From a virus, in the IMG/VR virus record IMGVR_UViG_3300046698_000540, positions 1-64,000 of that record: DNA of 64,000 nt. One strand, 5' to 3'. Within the stretch, counting starts at the first letter, position 1. Each line of letters starts with the position of its first letter. A model generated the notes under the pieces. It was not told where the DNA came from. It was given only the letters and a program-made list of their open reading frames with translations, and ran no database searches. This document shows, piece by piece, positions 55,664 through 64,000 of the stretch. Position numbers and translations under genes: made by a program.

Positions 55664-56605
55664 CTACGCCGACACGATCGGCAGAATGTTGTCGCCGTTG
55701 ATGATCTTCGACCCCATGATCGAATACCACCCAAGCGAATGCTTGCGGCCGAAGTCCTCGACGCCGTTGTCCCGCATCTCGACCGGAAGCCCGACCGCCC
55801 ATGCGTAACTGTTGTCGCCCATCAGGACCGCTTTGTACAGATTGACGGAGCCTGCGCCGGCCGTAACCAGGGTGGCATCGTAAGCCGGATCGGTGGAGAG
55901 AACCGCGCCATTGTTCATGTGCCCGGTGCCCACAAAACGAACATCGTCGAAGCGGCCGAGTTCGCCGCGGAAGAGCTGTTCGGTGGCGCCGTAAGTCGAA
56001 GCCGACACCCATTCCGGATCGCGCTTCAGGCTGGAAGCCTGATGCGGGTGAACGAAACAGGCGAAAAAGTCCCCATTGAACTTGGGAACGTTGAGGGTGT
56101 ACAGACGCTCGACACCGGCGCGCAGGTCGTCGATGCGCAACGGCTGGGAAATGCTGGACAGCGGCCAGGCGCCGCCCGAGCCGATGGAGTTTGCCGATGC
56201 CATCACAGCATTGCGCAACAGCAAGTCGGTGACACGGGCGTAGTCGCGCCCCAACTGGTACGCGGCCTCGGTCAACACATCGTCGTATGCGGACTGGAGC
56301 AACAGTTCCGAAATGGCAATTGCGTTGCCATACTCGGTCACCGTTACAAAGACCTGCGAGGCGGTCATGGCCTGCGTGGTCATGTTGACGCCTTCGGTGA
56401 GGGGTCCGCCGAGCGCCAGGTTCTCGTAGATCGTGAAATAAATGGTCAGGCCGGGCTGCCGGGTCAGTTCGTCCTTGATGACGGCGAACTGCTCGAACCG
56501 CATGGCCGGAAGCGCGCGGTGCTGAATTTCGCGCGAATAGACGTTCAGAATTGCTTGCGGCAAACCGGTTACCACACCGGCTGTCGCCGTACCCGTAAGT
56601 GCCAT
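55664..56605 (-). CDS. major capsid protein (N4-gp56-like)
   Basis: RFEQFA ... PG.TI.F..Y.NL ... LTEG ... EYGNAI ... VHPHQ ... GELGRFDDVRFV ... DFGRKHSLGWY. Confidence 0.9.
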   Translation of the reverse strand: MALTGTATAGVVTGLPQAILNVYSREIQHRALPAMRFEQFAVIKDELTRQPGLTIYFTIYENLALGGPLTEGVNMTTQAMTASQVFVTVTEYGNAIAISELLLQSAYDDVLTEAAYQLGRDYARVTDLLLRNAVMASANSIGSGGAWPLSSISQPLRIDDLRAGVERLYTLNVPKFNGDFFACFVHPHQASSLKRDPEWVSASTYGATEQLFRGELGRFDDVRFVGTGHMNNGAVLSTDPAYDATLVTAGAGSVNLYKAVLMGDNSYAWAVGLPVEMRDNGVEDFGRKHSLGWYSIMGSKIINGDNILPIVSA

Positions 56606-56638
56606 TGACGTAGCTCCTTAAGCAAAGTCCTGCGCCTT

Positions 56639-57382
56639 TCAGCGCGGCTGCTTCATTGGGAGCCCTGCATCCTGGAAAATCTTCGCTTTGATATCTTTCT
56701 TTTTCTGATCCCACTCTTGAGGGGACATGTCCCGCCAAGCTTCTAACCCGCCTGCTGTTACGGCTGCGTCACCTGAGGGTGTGCCCGGAAATACCGGTTT
56801 TGGCAGAGCTTCACGAAGTGGCGCCCCAAGTTCCTTTCTTACGCGCTCAGCTTCTCTGTCGGCGATTTCCTTGTACTTCGCCTTCGCGCGCTCGAAACTT
56901 GCCTGTAGCTCCTCGGGTGTGTTGCCGGCCACCATTTCCGGGATCAGCTCTTGTGTACTCTGGAGGAGGCCCGTGCGCTGCGCCTCAAGCCGATCTCTGC
57001 GGCGCTGCTCCTCATTTTCCTTGCGCTGATTGTCCAGCGCGTCGTCCATTGCCTTACTGAACTGGTCCGTCATGCTGGAAACCTGGCCCGTGAGGGCCGC
57101 GATTTGTTGTTCCAGCGTCTGAGCTTTCCGGCTTCCATCCTGCGCGGTCTCGAGGGCCGCGCGGGCGTCCGCCAGTTCCCGCTCCTTTTTCTGCAGGTCG
57201 GCTTTGTGACGTTCGATCTCGGGATAAAGCTTGGCCTTCTCATCCCGTCTGGCTTCTGCAAGCCTGCGTTCTACCTCTTCCGCCGAGATGCCCCCATTAC
57301 CGGCTGCTGCCTGATGCGGCGGGGCTCCTGCGGGTGATCCTGGTTGTTCTCCGGCTGCTGGTGTGACCTGTGATGTTGCCAT
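56639..57382 (-). CDS. scaffolding protein
   Basis: Coiled coil ARRDEKAKLY ... LIPEMVAGNTPEEL, directly before the major capsid gene. Confidence 0.8.
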   Translation of the reverse strand: MATSQVTPAAGEQPGSPAGAPPHQAAAGNGGISAEEVERRLAEARRDEKAKLYPEIERHKADLQKKERELADARAALETAQDGSRKAQTLEQQIAALTGQVSSMTDQFSKAMDDALDNQRKENEEQRRRDRLEAQRTGLLQSTQELIPEMVAGNTPEELQASFERAKAKYKEIADREAERVRKELGAPLREALPKPVFPGTPSGDAAVTAGGLEAWRDMSPQEWDQKKKDIKAKIFQDAGLPMKQPR

Positions 57383-57422
57383 GGTTTCCTTATCCTTCGT
57401 GAAAATTCTTCACCTAGCTGAA

Positions 57423-57608
57423 CTACGCCAGGCGGGGATCCACTGCCACCCGAACCAGGGCGTCCGGATCGAGCGAGTTGGTGGTGGCCCGCGGAGTGGC
57501 GTCCGGGCGATACCCGGTCTTCCGCTGACTCTTGTTGGCGCCCGCTTCCACCCCGATGCCCCGTTCGTCATTCACGCGGCCCGGCTGAGGGTTAATCGCT
57601 TTCTGCAT
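57423..57608 (-). CDS. small hypothetical protein
   Basis: SD AGGAGG; between portal and scaffold. Confidence 0.6.
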   Translation of the reverse strand: MQKAINPQPGRVNDERGIGVEAGANKSQRKTGYRPDATPRATTNSLDPDALVRVAVDPRLA

Positions 57609-57666
57609 GTTGCCTCCTTACTGTTCATACACCCTTTCGGGTCCAAAACACAACTTCATGCTACCA

Positions 57667-59241
57667 CTACACTCCCGAGGCCTGCGCTCCTGCCTGTTTT
57701 TCGGCTTTGGCTGAGGACTCCTCGGCTGCCGCCGCCTCTGTCTTTGGCGGCTTTTTTCCGGGCGGCTTGGGACCTCCCGCACCGCCTGCTCCACCACTCA
57801 CACCAGCTTCCTGAAGATTCACGGCGTGGTTCAACTGCAACTCGTTTTCTTGCTCTGTTGCCTTTTGAAGCTCTTCGTCCACTTCGTCCAAAACCTTTTG
57901 TGCGTCGCTCACATCCAACTCGGCTGGCGCGATGTCATCGTGGATCAATTCCCGCAAGATCATGGCCCGGGAAAGCAGTTTCATCTGCTGCATGACGGTC
58001 AGCTCGTTCAACCGAAGCTGCTTGTCGCGCGGCAGGGGGTCCGGCCACTTCACGCCGCTGTAGTAAGGCAGGGGACGGCCATTGGCCTTGTAGTCTCCCA
58101 AAATTTCCCGGACGCGGAGAATTTGGTAGTTCACGTACTGGATGCCCTTCGTATACGTGAGCCGCTTCTTCTTCATGTGCTCCAGGATCGGAGCGAACTG
58201 GATGGCCAGGGCAACGCCAGACGTATTCGAGATCGGAACGTCGCCCCCAAAGGCAACCTTCGGCATGGAGCCAAGCTGGAACAACGTGTCCTTCAGATTC
58301 ATCAGGTACTCGCGTGCCGCCGCCAAATCGCCCTGCAGCTCCAGGTTCTCCACCCTGGCGTCCTTCGGCAGACCACTCCACACCTTACGGGCGCCTTTTT
58401 GCAGCGTGGAAGCCTTCGCGCCATAAATCACGGTCACCGGCGCCGCGTGGTAGTTGATGATGTCGCCCAAGTCGGTGGTCTTCTCGTTGAACTCCCGATT
58501 CGAGTCCACCACCTGGCCGATGTCCGACATGCCGAAAAATTCCGTGCCCACCATCAGGTTCGGAATATGCGTGAACGGAATTTCCCCCAAAAGGTTCGGC
58601 TTGGAATTGCTGATGGGCTGGCCGTCCCGCAGTTCCCAAACCTCATCCTTCGTCCAATACTGCCCCGCGACGTAGGTCCGAACCCTGACGCGGCCGAAAG
58701 CATTGCTCACCACTTCCGATTCGGGCCACTGCACCAGCAAACCGGAAAATCCGCGGTCGGAATTTCTGAAAAAAATCGGGAAAACAAATTCGCTTGGAAA
58801 GACGGTCAACTTTACGCGATCGCCAAAGACCGCATCGTTGTCGATCCCGACGTTTACCCAACAGTCGCCTGTCACCCCTCCGACTTGGCCCATCTGGAAA
58901 CCAAGCTGCCCAATGTGGTTTTTTTCCCACTCCTCGTTCAACAGGTCTTCGGCTGCCTGATAGGCGCTGCCGCGAAAATTCGCGTGGATCGTGAACTGAT
59001 TGCCGAACAGATATTGCGAGTGCTTGTCCACGAAAAGCTGCACGAAGTTCGCGGTGGTCACAGGCTCGCCGGCCTCGGGAACATAGTTCCAGTGGTTGCC
59101 CTTGTAGAAGTTCCAGAGCCTGCCGTATTGCAGAATGCGGGCGGCGTTCTGATGCCAGATGTCTATTTCGTGCCCCGACGTGATCGGGTAGTCCCGGTTC
59201 ACGCGATTCAGCGTGAACCTGGTCATGTCGCCCATGCTCAT
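57667..59241 (-). CDS. portal protein (SPP1-like)
   Basis: WNFYKGNHW ... N.LGEIPFTHIPN ... GMSDI ... NTSGVAL ... WPDPLPRD. Confidence 0.9.
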   Translation of the reverse strand: MSMGDMTRFTLNRVNRDYPITSGHEIDIWHQNAARILQYGRLWNFYKGNHWNYVPEAGEPVTTANFVQLFVDKHSQYLFGNQFTIHANFRGSAYQAAEDLLNEEWEKNHIGQLGFQMGQVGGVTGDCWVNVGIDNDAVFGDRVKLTVFPSEFVFPIFFRNSDRGFSGLLVQWPESEVVSNAFGRVRVRTYVAGQYWTKDEVWELRDGQPISNSKPNLLGEIPFTHIPNLMVGTEFFGMSDIGQVVDSNREFNEKTTDLGDIINYHAAPVTVIYGAKASTLQKGARKVWSGLPKDARVENLELQGDLAAAREYLMNLKDTLFQLGSMPKVAFGGDVPISNTSGVALAIQFAPILEHMKKKRLTYTKGIQYVNYQILRVREILGDYKANGRPLPYYSGVKWPDPLPRDKQLRLNELTVMQQMKLLSRAMILRELIHDDIAPAELDVSDAQKVLDEVDEELQKATEQENELQLNHAVNLQEAGVSGGAGGAGGPKPPGKKPPKTEAAAAEESSAKAEKQAGAQASGV

Positions 59242-59250
59242 ATTAGAGCC

Positions 59251-59670
59251 TCACTGTCCGTATCCTGCGTGCCCGCCTGGAAGTCCTGCGTGACCTAAGA
59301 CGTTGAAATCCTGACCAGACTTGTGCGTTCTGCTCCCTCGCTCGCCTATGACAACTGGCAGTTTTGCCATTCCCATCTCGCGTCCTATAGCCAGACGGTG
59401 GTGCCCGTCTTCTATATGGTAGTGTCCTTCACCCTCGTGGCGCAGAATGATAGGTGCCATACCGTGCTTGCGTACGTGCTCCTTGAACTTTTCCAAATAG
59501 GGGCGCTCGAATTTCTGAATGGAAGCGACCCTACCTGCATCCTGCAACTTCATCAGGTGTGCCTTGGTGGCCATAAAGCCCGAGGCACCTTGAGACTCGT
59601 GGATTGCTCGAGCAGCTCTGTGCGCTTCGCGCCGCTCGTGATCATCCCGTGCTTCTTCATCAACCGTCAT
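59251..59670 (-). CDS. ParB/Sulfiredoxin-like domain protein with SGQDFNVLGHAGLPGGHAGYG tag
   Basis: HGMAPIIL ... IEDGHHRL ... G...LPV; shared tag; ATGA coupling to the glycosyltransferase stop. Confidence 0.8.
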   Translation of the reverse strand: MTVDEEARDDHERREAHRAARAIHESQGASGFMATKAHLMKLQDAGRVASIQKFERPYLEKFKEHVRKHGMAPIILRHEGEGHYHIEDGHHRLAIGREMGMAKLPVVIGERGSRTHKSGQDFNVLGHAGLPGGHAGYGQ

Positions 59671-60905
59671 TTCCGCACTGTCTCCGTGAGGATAGCTTGC
59701 TCGATCTGACTCCAGACCGCTTCCCATCGGTAATGCTGGCGGTAGAACGTCTTAGCCCGAAGAACGTGGTTCGACTCCATCGTGTGCACGATGATCTTCG
59801 CCATGTCCCGGAAAAAAGCCGCCTTGTCTGGCATCTCCACCTGCTGCTGGTAGCTGCCGAACGTGAAATGCAGAGCGCTCCCTGGGCCGGCGATTTCCTG
59901 GAACATGGGCAGATTTTGGTTCAGCACCAAAAGCTGTCCACACAGAGCCGCCTCTGCGGGCGCGTATCCAAAAGATTCTGACTTCGATGGGCAAATAAAA
60001 AGGTTGCCTATCTGCATCAAATCGTGCACCACGGCCTGTGAAACTCCAACCTCAAACTCGGGATCGAACCGGCTGGTGAAAATCACTTCCCGGTCAGTGA
60101 GCCCCTGGTCGAACGCGTGGTTGATCAGAAACTTCACGTCGGCCCGGCGCTCATCCGTGTTGCACCAAGCGTTGCAGAAAATCAGGCGCACGCTTTTTCC
60201 GTGGCGTTTCAGTTGGCCGAACAACTCGATCACTTCCTTGGCGCCTTTTGGCTCGTAGCGATCGGTGGGGATCGGGTACACCTGAATGATGTCCGCCGCC
60301 AGCACGTCGTACTCGGTCACCAAACGCTCCGCCAGATCGGTGCGGAACATGTACTCGCGGGGATCTTTTGAATGCGGAATTATCAGCACGTTCTCCTGCC
60401 AGGTCCGAAAATGTTCCGCGCATCGAATGCGGTCCTGGTGGTTCGGATAAACGAGCTTCCCGTTGGGTGGCACCCGCCAGTAATCGCGCATGCCTCCACC
60501 CGGAACGGAATGCACCCAGTGAAAATGCGGAAAAGGCCAGAACGTAGCCGCTTCCTGCATTCCCAGGTTCAGCGGCAAATTCCAGCCCGTGAATAGAATG
60601 TCGTGCGAGAACAGGGCGTTCAGATCGCCGAGGCTGCCGGCCATCCACCGGCAAGCTGCTCTGCCCACGTCGATATGCTCCATGGGCAGTTCCGAAAGGC
60701 TTTTGTAATCCTTCTTGGCCCAAACAGGCAGCCCGGCGCGGATCTCAACCCAATCCGGCGCCTCGGGCCATTTGAAATCTTCAAGCCCAATCAATACGGG
60801 CGTGTGACCAGCGTGGTGAATCATCCGCAACTGCCCGAGCACCACAGCGGTTAAGCTGTAGTGATCCAACATTGCGGAGAAGGCCGTCAAAAGTCCAATT
60901 TTCAT
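59667..60905 (-). CDS. GT4 (GT-B) glycosyltransferase
   Basis: MKIGLL ... WVHS ... K ... LFICPSKSESFGYAPAEAALCG (EX7E) ... YRWEAV. Confidence 0.85.
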   Translation of the reverse strand: MKIGLLTAFSAMLDHYSLTAVVLGQLRMIHHAGHTPVLIGLEDFKWPEAPDWVEIRAGLPVWAKKDYKSLSELPMEHIDVGRAACRWMAGSLGDLNALFSHDILFTGWNLPLNLGMQEAATFWPFPHFHWVHSVPGGGMRDYWRVPPNGKLVYPNHQDRIRCAEHFRTWQENVLIIPHSKDPREYMFRTDLAERLVTEYDVLAADIIQVYPIPTDRYEPKGAKEVIELFGQLKRHGKSVRLIFCNAWCNTDERRADVKFLINHAFDQGLTDREVIFTSRFDPEFEVGVSQAVVHDLMQIGNLFICPSKSESFGYAPAEAALCGQLLVLNQNLPMFQEIAGPGSALHFTFGSYQQQVEMPDKAAFFRDMAKIIVHTMESNHVLRAKTFYRQHYRWEAVWSQIEQAILTETVRK

Positions 60906-60974
60906 GCCTCTCCAATCGAATGCGGGCGGCGCTTTTTTGGGGCGCCGCCTACACGGAGGTTAGCAGGTTTTCGG

Positions 60975-61913
60975 TCAGATGACCGGGCCATGGTAGCTTC
61001 GCCTGCGAACCGACGACGCTACTTCTTGCTGAGGTTCCTCGACCAGCGGCCCATCTTCAACGTAGGGGCCCACCAGAGCCATCAGGATCTGGGTATTCAC
61101 ATTGCCCAACCCCAACAGCTCGAACAGCTTGCCGTAGTTGATCTGCCACGGCTCATTCTCCGGAACAGGACCGCCAACAACAACGGCTTCCGGATAGCGC
61201 TCGTAAACTTCTTGCGCGAGAAGACCCACGTATACTTTCTTTTCGAGGTCGGCCTTGAAATAGAACGCGTACACGTTCAAGCCGAACACCTGTGCGATCT
61301 TGGACAGGATCTCCTTCAACCGGGCATCCGAGGTCGTGGTAGTCGTAGTGGTTGAAGTCGTAGTGGTCGAAGTCGTAGTGGTCGTGCTGGTCGAAGTGGT
61401 GCTGGAACTGGTCGTGCTCGTCAACCCGGTGAACGTGTTGACGAAAACCGCCAGCCAACTGCCGCCGCGGACATAGTTGTCAACCAGCTTTTTCGCCAGC
61501 CATTGGGAAATGTCCGGCGAAGGAATCATCGCGTATGCTCTTTCCACGATGTCCCTTTGGCGCACGATGCACGTGTAGGTGACACCGCCGATGGTCCCCG
61601 TGATCTGCACCCGGTCGTAGCCTGCCACCAGGGAGTAGCACGTCGCCTTGTTGCCAAATGTCACCGCAACCTGCGTCGTCGAACGCGGGTGTGTGATGTT
61701 GACCGTTCGGCTTGCCACGAGATTGTTGATGAGCTGGTCCATGCGGGCCCAGTCATCCAAGAACGCTTGCGCCACGCTGGTACCCGTCAGTTCCGTGGGG
61801 TTGAAAGGCTTGGTCCATTCCATCAGATGCGAATTGCCGTCAACCGTACCCGACAAGAGCCAGGAGCCTTCGGCATCGAAAGGAACAGCCGCTGTAATAA
61901 TCACTGTAGACAT
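60975..61913 (-). CDS. protein with Ser/Thr tract and C-terminal intramolecular chaperone (peptidase S74)
   Basis: TS-DARLKE ... GLLAQEV ... YPEAV ... INYGKL. Confidence 0.85.
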   Translation of the reverse strand: MSTVIITAAVPFDAEGSWLLSGTVDGNSHLMEWTKPFNPTELTGTSVAQAFLDDWARMDQLINNLVASRTVNITHPRSTTQVAVTFGNKATCYSLVAGYDRVQITGTIGGVTYTCIVRQRDIVERAYAMIPSPDISQWLAKKLVDNYVRGGSWLAVFVNTFTGLTSTTSSSTTSTSTTTTTSTTTTSTTTTTTTSDARLKEILSKIAQVFGLNVYAFYFKADLEKKVYVGLLAQEVYERYPEAVVVGGPVPENEPWQINYGKLFELLGLGNVNTQILMALVGPYVEDGPLVEEPQQEVASSVRRRSYHGPVI

Positions 61914-61950
61914 GGTTTTCTGCTTACCTCCTCTTTTCGTCAATGAAGCG

Positions 61951-62154
61951 CTATCGTGTTTCGGTGTCCACGCGGGTACGCTCCTGGCTCGCGCGGTTCT
62001 GATCGCCATGCCCTCCCGGAGGGGGACCTTTCCGCGGACTTCCTACTCGGGAGCCTGGAGGAACGCGGGGATTTCCGGGCGGCGTAGAAAAACCGCGGCC
62101 GGAGGTATTGTCTTGCGAGAATGCGCCCTCGCCGGGGCGCGCTTTGACTGCCAT
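61951..62154 (-). CDS. small Pro/Gly-rich protein
   Basis: SD GGAGG; fills the gap between neighbours. Confidence 0.5.
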   Translation of the reverse strand: MAVKARPGEGAFSQDNTSGRGFSTPPGNPRVPPGSRVGSPRKGPPPGGHGDQNRASQERTRVDTETR

Positions 62155-62157
62155 AGC

Positions 62158-62355
62158 TTATTCCTCCTTGGCGCCTTCGTGCTCTTCCTTGGCGGCCTGC
62201 TTGTGCTTGTGGTGCTGGGCCAGGTGGTGCTTGTGCTTCGCCGAGTGGTGCTTCTCTTCGTCCCACTCTCCCTGTTTGGCCGCTTCGTCCGCCAGGCCTT
62301 TGTGATGCTCCGCGAGCTTGCCGTGCATATCTGCTTCGTCACAATGAGAACACAT
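62158..62355 (-). CDS. small His/Lys/Glu-rich protein
   Basis: SD GAGGAGG; 65 aa. Confidence 0.6.
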   Translation of the reverse strand: MCSHCDEADMHGKLAEHHKGLADEAAKQGEWDEEKHHSAKHKHHLAQHHKHKQAAKEEHEGAKEE

Positions 62356-62364
62356 GGTTCCTCC

Positions 62365-62826
62365 TCAGAAACTTCCGGTATACCCAGACAGTGGGCCGGT
62401 CAGGCTCTGCTTCGCCAGCAGGGCGAGGATCTGTGCCACTCGCTGCGTGAAGAGCGGCGTCGTCATCAGCGACCAGTCCAGGAAGCTCACCGTGCTCATG
62501 GTGATCGTGAAGGACGTGCTGTACACCGTGGCCGTGATCGACACCTGACCGTAGCCCGGATTCGTAACCGGCGATGCACCAAATGTCACCGTTGGTAAAT
62601 CCGGCAGATTGGAAACCGTAACCACCTGATTCGCCAACTGCGCGATCGCCGCAAGGTAGGCCGCGATTTCGGCCAAGACCATGGCGGCCAGTTTGGACGC
62701 CGGCATGGAGATTTGATCGAGGGCCACGTTGTCTTTGGCGTACAAATAATTGGTCACCCCGCCGCCCGTTGCTTTCACGTAGAGCCGGTTCAGATCCGGG
62801 TCCACGCTGAGACTCGTTACTGTCAT
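62365..62826 (-). CDS. hypothetical protein (possible paralog of the 60975..61913 N-terminal region)
   Basis: VTFG ... GYGQVSITATV versus VTFG ... GYDRVQITGTI. Confidence 0.65.
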   Translation of the reverse strand: MTVTSLSVDPDLNRLYVKATGGGVTNYLYAKDNVALDQISMPASKLAAMVLAEIAAYLAAIAQLANQVVTVSNLPDLPTVTFGASPVTNPGYGQVSITATVYSTSFTITMSTVSFLDWSLMTTPLFTQRVAQILALLAKQSLTGPLSGYTGSF

Positions 62827-62835
62827 AAAACGCTC

Positions 62836-63165
62836 CTATTGACTGATTTTTCCGCGCGCCTCGGCGCGGCGTTGCTGAAACTCGCTGCCCCGGTACTCTT
62901 CCCGGCCGTCGTGCATCTCGTGGGTCGCCGCCGGCGCATGGCCCGGTTCGCCAAGCACGAAGTGATCCTGGAAGGAAATAGCCGTGCCCACCTTGGCCAG
63001 ACCTTGAACAGCACCTCTCACAGACCACTTGTGCGGGGTTTTATCCAGATGTCCAGGGGCTTTGTGCTTGTGCGTTTCGACCAGACCACAATCCGTGCAC
63101 ACCCTTGGTTCGGGGCTGCCCGTCATGAAATTTGCGAACTTTTGACCTTTGCTTCGAATGCTCAC
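62836..63165 (-). CDS. small basic protein with CxxC-H motif
   Basis: CTDCG ... H ... H; ATGA coupling. Confidence 0.6.
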   Translation of the reverse strand: MSIRSKGQKFANFMTGSPEPRVCTDCGLVETHKHKAPGHLDKTPHKWSVRGAVQGLAKVGTAISFQDHFVLGEPGHAPAATHEMHDGREEYRGSEFQQRRAEARGKISQ

Positions 63166-63461
63166 ATGGACCTCCCGTAGCCGGCGTGCCCGCCCGGCAA
63201 CGCGGCATGGCCCAGAATGTTGAAGTCTTGACCGGACCGCTCTAAACTGGATTTGGCGCCTGTTCTGGCAAACTTCAACTGGGAATGCGTTTGCCTGTGC
63301 GGGCCGAACCGCGGTTCTGCGCCGGCCTTTTTCGCCTTAGCACTCCAGTTCTTTCCGTGGTGTGCCTTCAGCATTTTCTTGTGCTCTGGGGTGGCTCGAC
63401 CTTGTGCATGAGCCTCTTCCGCTTCCGTTAAAAAATCCGCTGTTCTGGACATGGCCCTCAC
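63162..63461 (-). CDS. small basic protein with SGQDFNILGHAALPGGHAGYGR tag
   Basis: Shared C-terminal tag; coupled to the terminase stop. Confidence 0.8.
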   Translation of the reverse strand: MRAMSRTADFLTEAEEAHAQGRATPEHKKMLKAHHGKNWSAKAKKAGAEPRFGPHRQTHSQLKFARTGAKSSLERSGQDFNILGHAALPGGHAGYGRSM

Positions 63462-64000
63462 AATCTATGAAACGGCATTTCACGATCCGACGCAAGTCCT
63501 CGCTGGTGGCGGCCCTTGCCGGGATTCAGGAAGAAGTTGTCGTGCTCCTCGATCTCCCTGTTCTCATCGGCAACAAAGTCGCACGCCAAACAGCCAAGCA
63601 TCAAGCTGGAACAGAAGTCCTTATAGGAGGTCTCGTCCCCGGCCTCCACGGCCAAATAAGCGCCACGGTAGACCTTTTGCAGATTCGTCATCTGCGAGAC
63701 GAAATTGCGCTGCTTCTGGCCCTTTCGGGCTCGTTCGCTGTTGGGGTATTCGAATCGTTCGTTCTGCAGGTCCGCTAGAAGGCGTGAGTAACCGTCGTGG
63801 TTGGTCGATTGGTCCGCAATGAACCGTATCAGCTCCAGCTCGTTCGCGGCAATTTGCGCCTGGAAATAATTCTCCAGCATATCCGCCATTGCCTCGCCGA
63901 CGCCCGTGGCGTCGATCATGATCCGCTTCAATCCCCGGTAGTTGACCAAGAAGTCCCGGATCTGGCTGAACTGCGCGACATAATCGTCGCCAGTGATCTG
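63458..64000 (-). CDS. terL: terminase large subunit, C-terminal nuclease domain (partial)
   Basis: Frame open to the window end (QITGDDYVAQF...); IDATGVG ... KDFCSSL; upstream of the portal. Confidence 0.8.
   Translation of the reverse strand, partial: QITGDDYVAQFSQIRDFLVNYRGLKRIMIDATGVGEAMADMLENYFQAQIAANELELIRFIADQSTNHDGYSRLLADLQNERFEYPNSERARKGQKQRNFVSQMTNLQKVYRGAYLAVEAGDETSYKDFCSSLMLGCLACDFVADENREIEEHDNFFLNPGKGRHQRGLASDREMPFHRL

Noticed and set aside
57826-59298. Long plus-strand ORFs (also 21160..22461, 40438..41874, 15577..16548, 55739..56608)
   Set aside because: Antisense shadows of well-supported minus-strand genes in GC-rich DNA, with no recognisable motifs.
61330-61425. Trinucleotide-like repeat as a VNTR or DGR variable region
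   Set aside because: Mixed codons encoding Ser/Thr; no reverse transcriptase or template/variable repeat pair seen.

Overview
The window is a contiguous ~64 kb stretch of a tailed dsDNA phage with a non-contractile tail, with essentially all genes on the minus strand. Reading from 64000 down to 1, it holds the terminase C-terminus, small head-region genes, a GT4 glycosyltransferase, portal, scaffold, N4-gp56-like major capsid protein, head-tail genes, tail tube, frameshifted tail assembly chaperone, tape measure and tail tip genes. After a promoter cluster at ~34 kb come replication/recombination genes (DnaC-like ATPase, DUF932, DnaB-like helicase, family-4 UDG, ParB, primase, PolA, SF2 helicase, SSB, RecA, resolvase, Cas4-like nuclease), then queD/queE, lysis candidates and signal-peptide-bearing fibre-like genes. 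Most notable: (1) two intergenic 'inside-out' crRNA-like elements (8946-9047, 31847-31960). Each has the 3' half of a type I-G (I-U)-like CRISPR repeat, a 36/38-nt spacer, then the 5' half of the repeat, closed by a 25-30 bp stem whose only mismatches are G-U on the transcribed strand. (2) A 22-aa C-terminal tag (SGQDFN[IV]LGHA[AG]LPGGHAGYG[RQ]) shared by otherwise unrelated small proteins, possibly a capsid-loading signal. (3) Ser/Thr C-terminal tails on four structural-region proteins plus a glycosyltransferase, suggesting virion O-glycosylation. All calls come from motifs recognised by eye; no searches were run.
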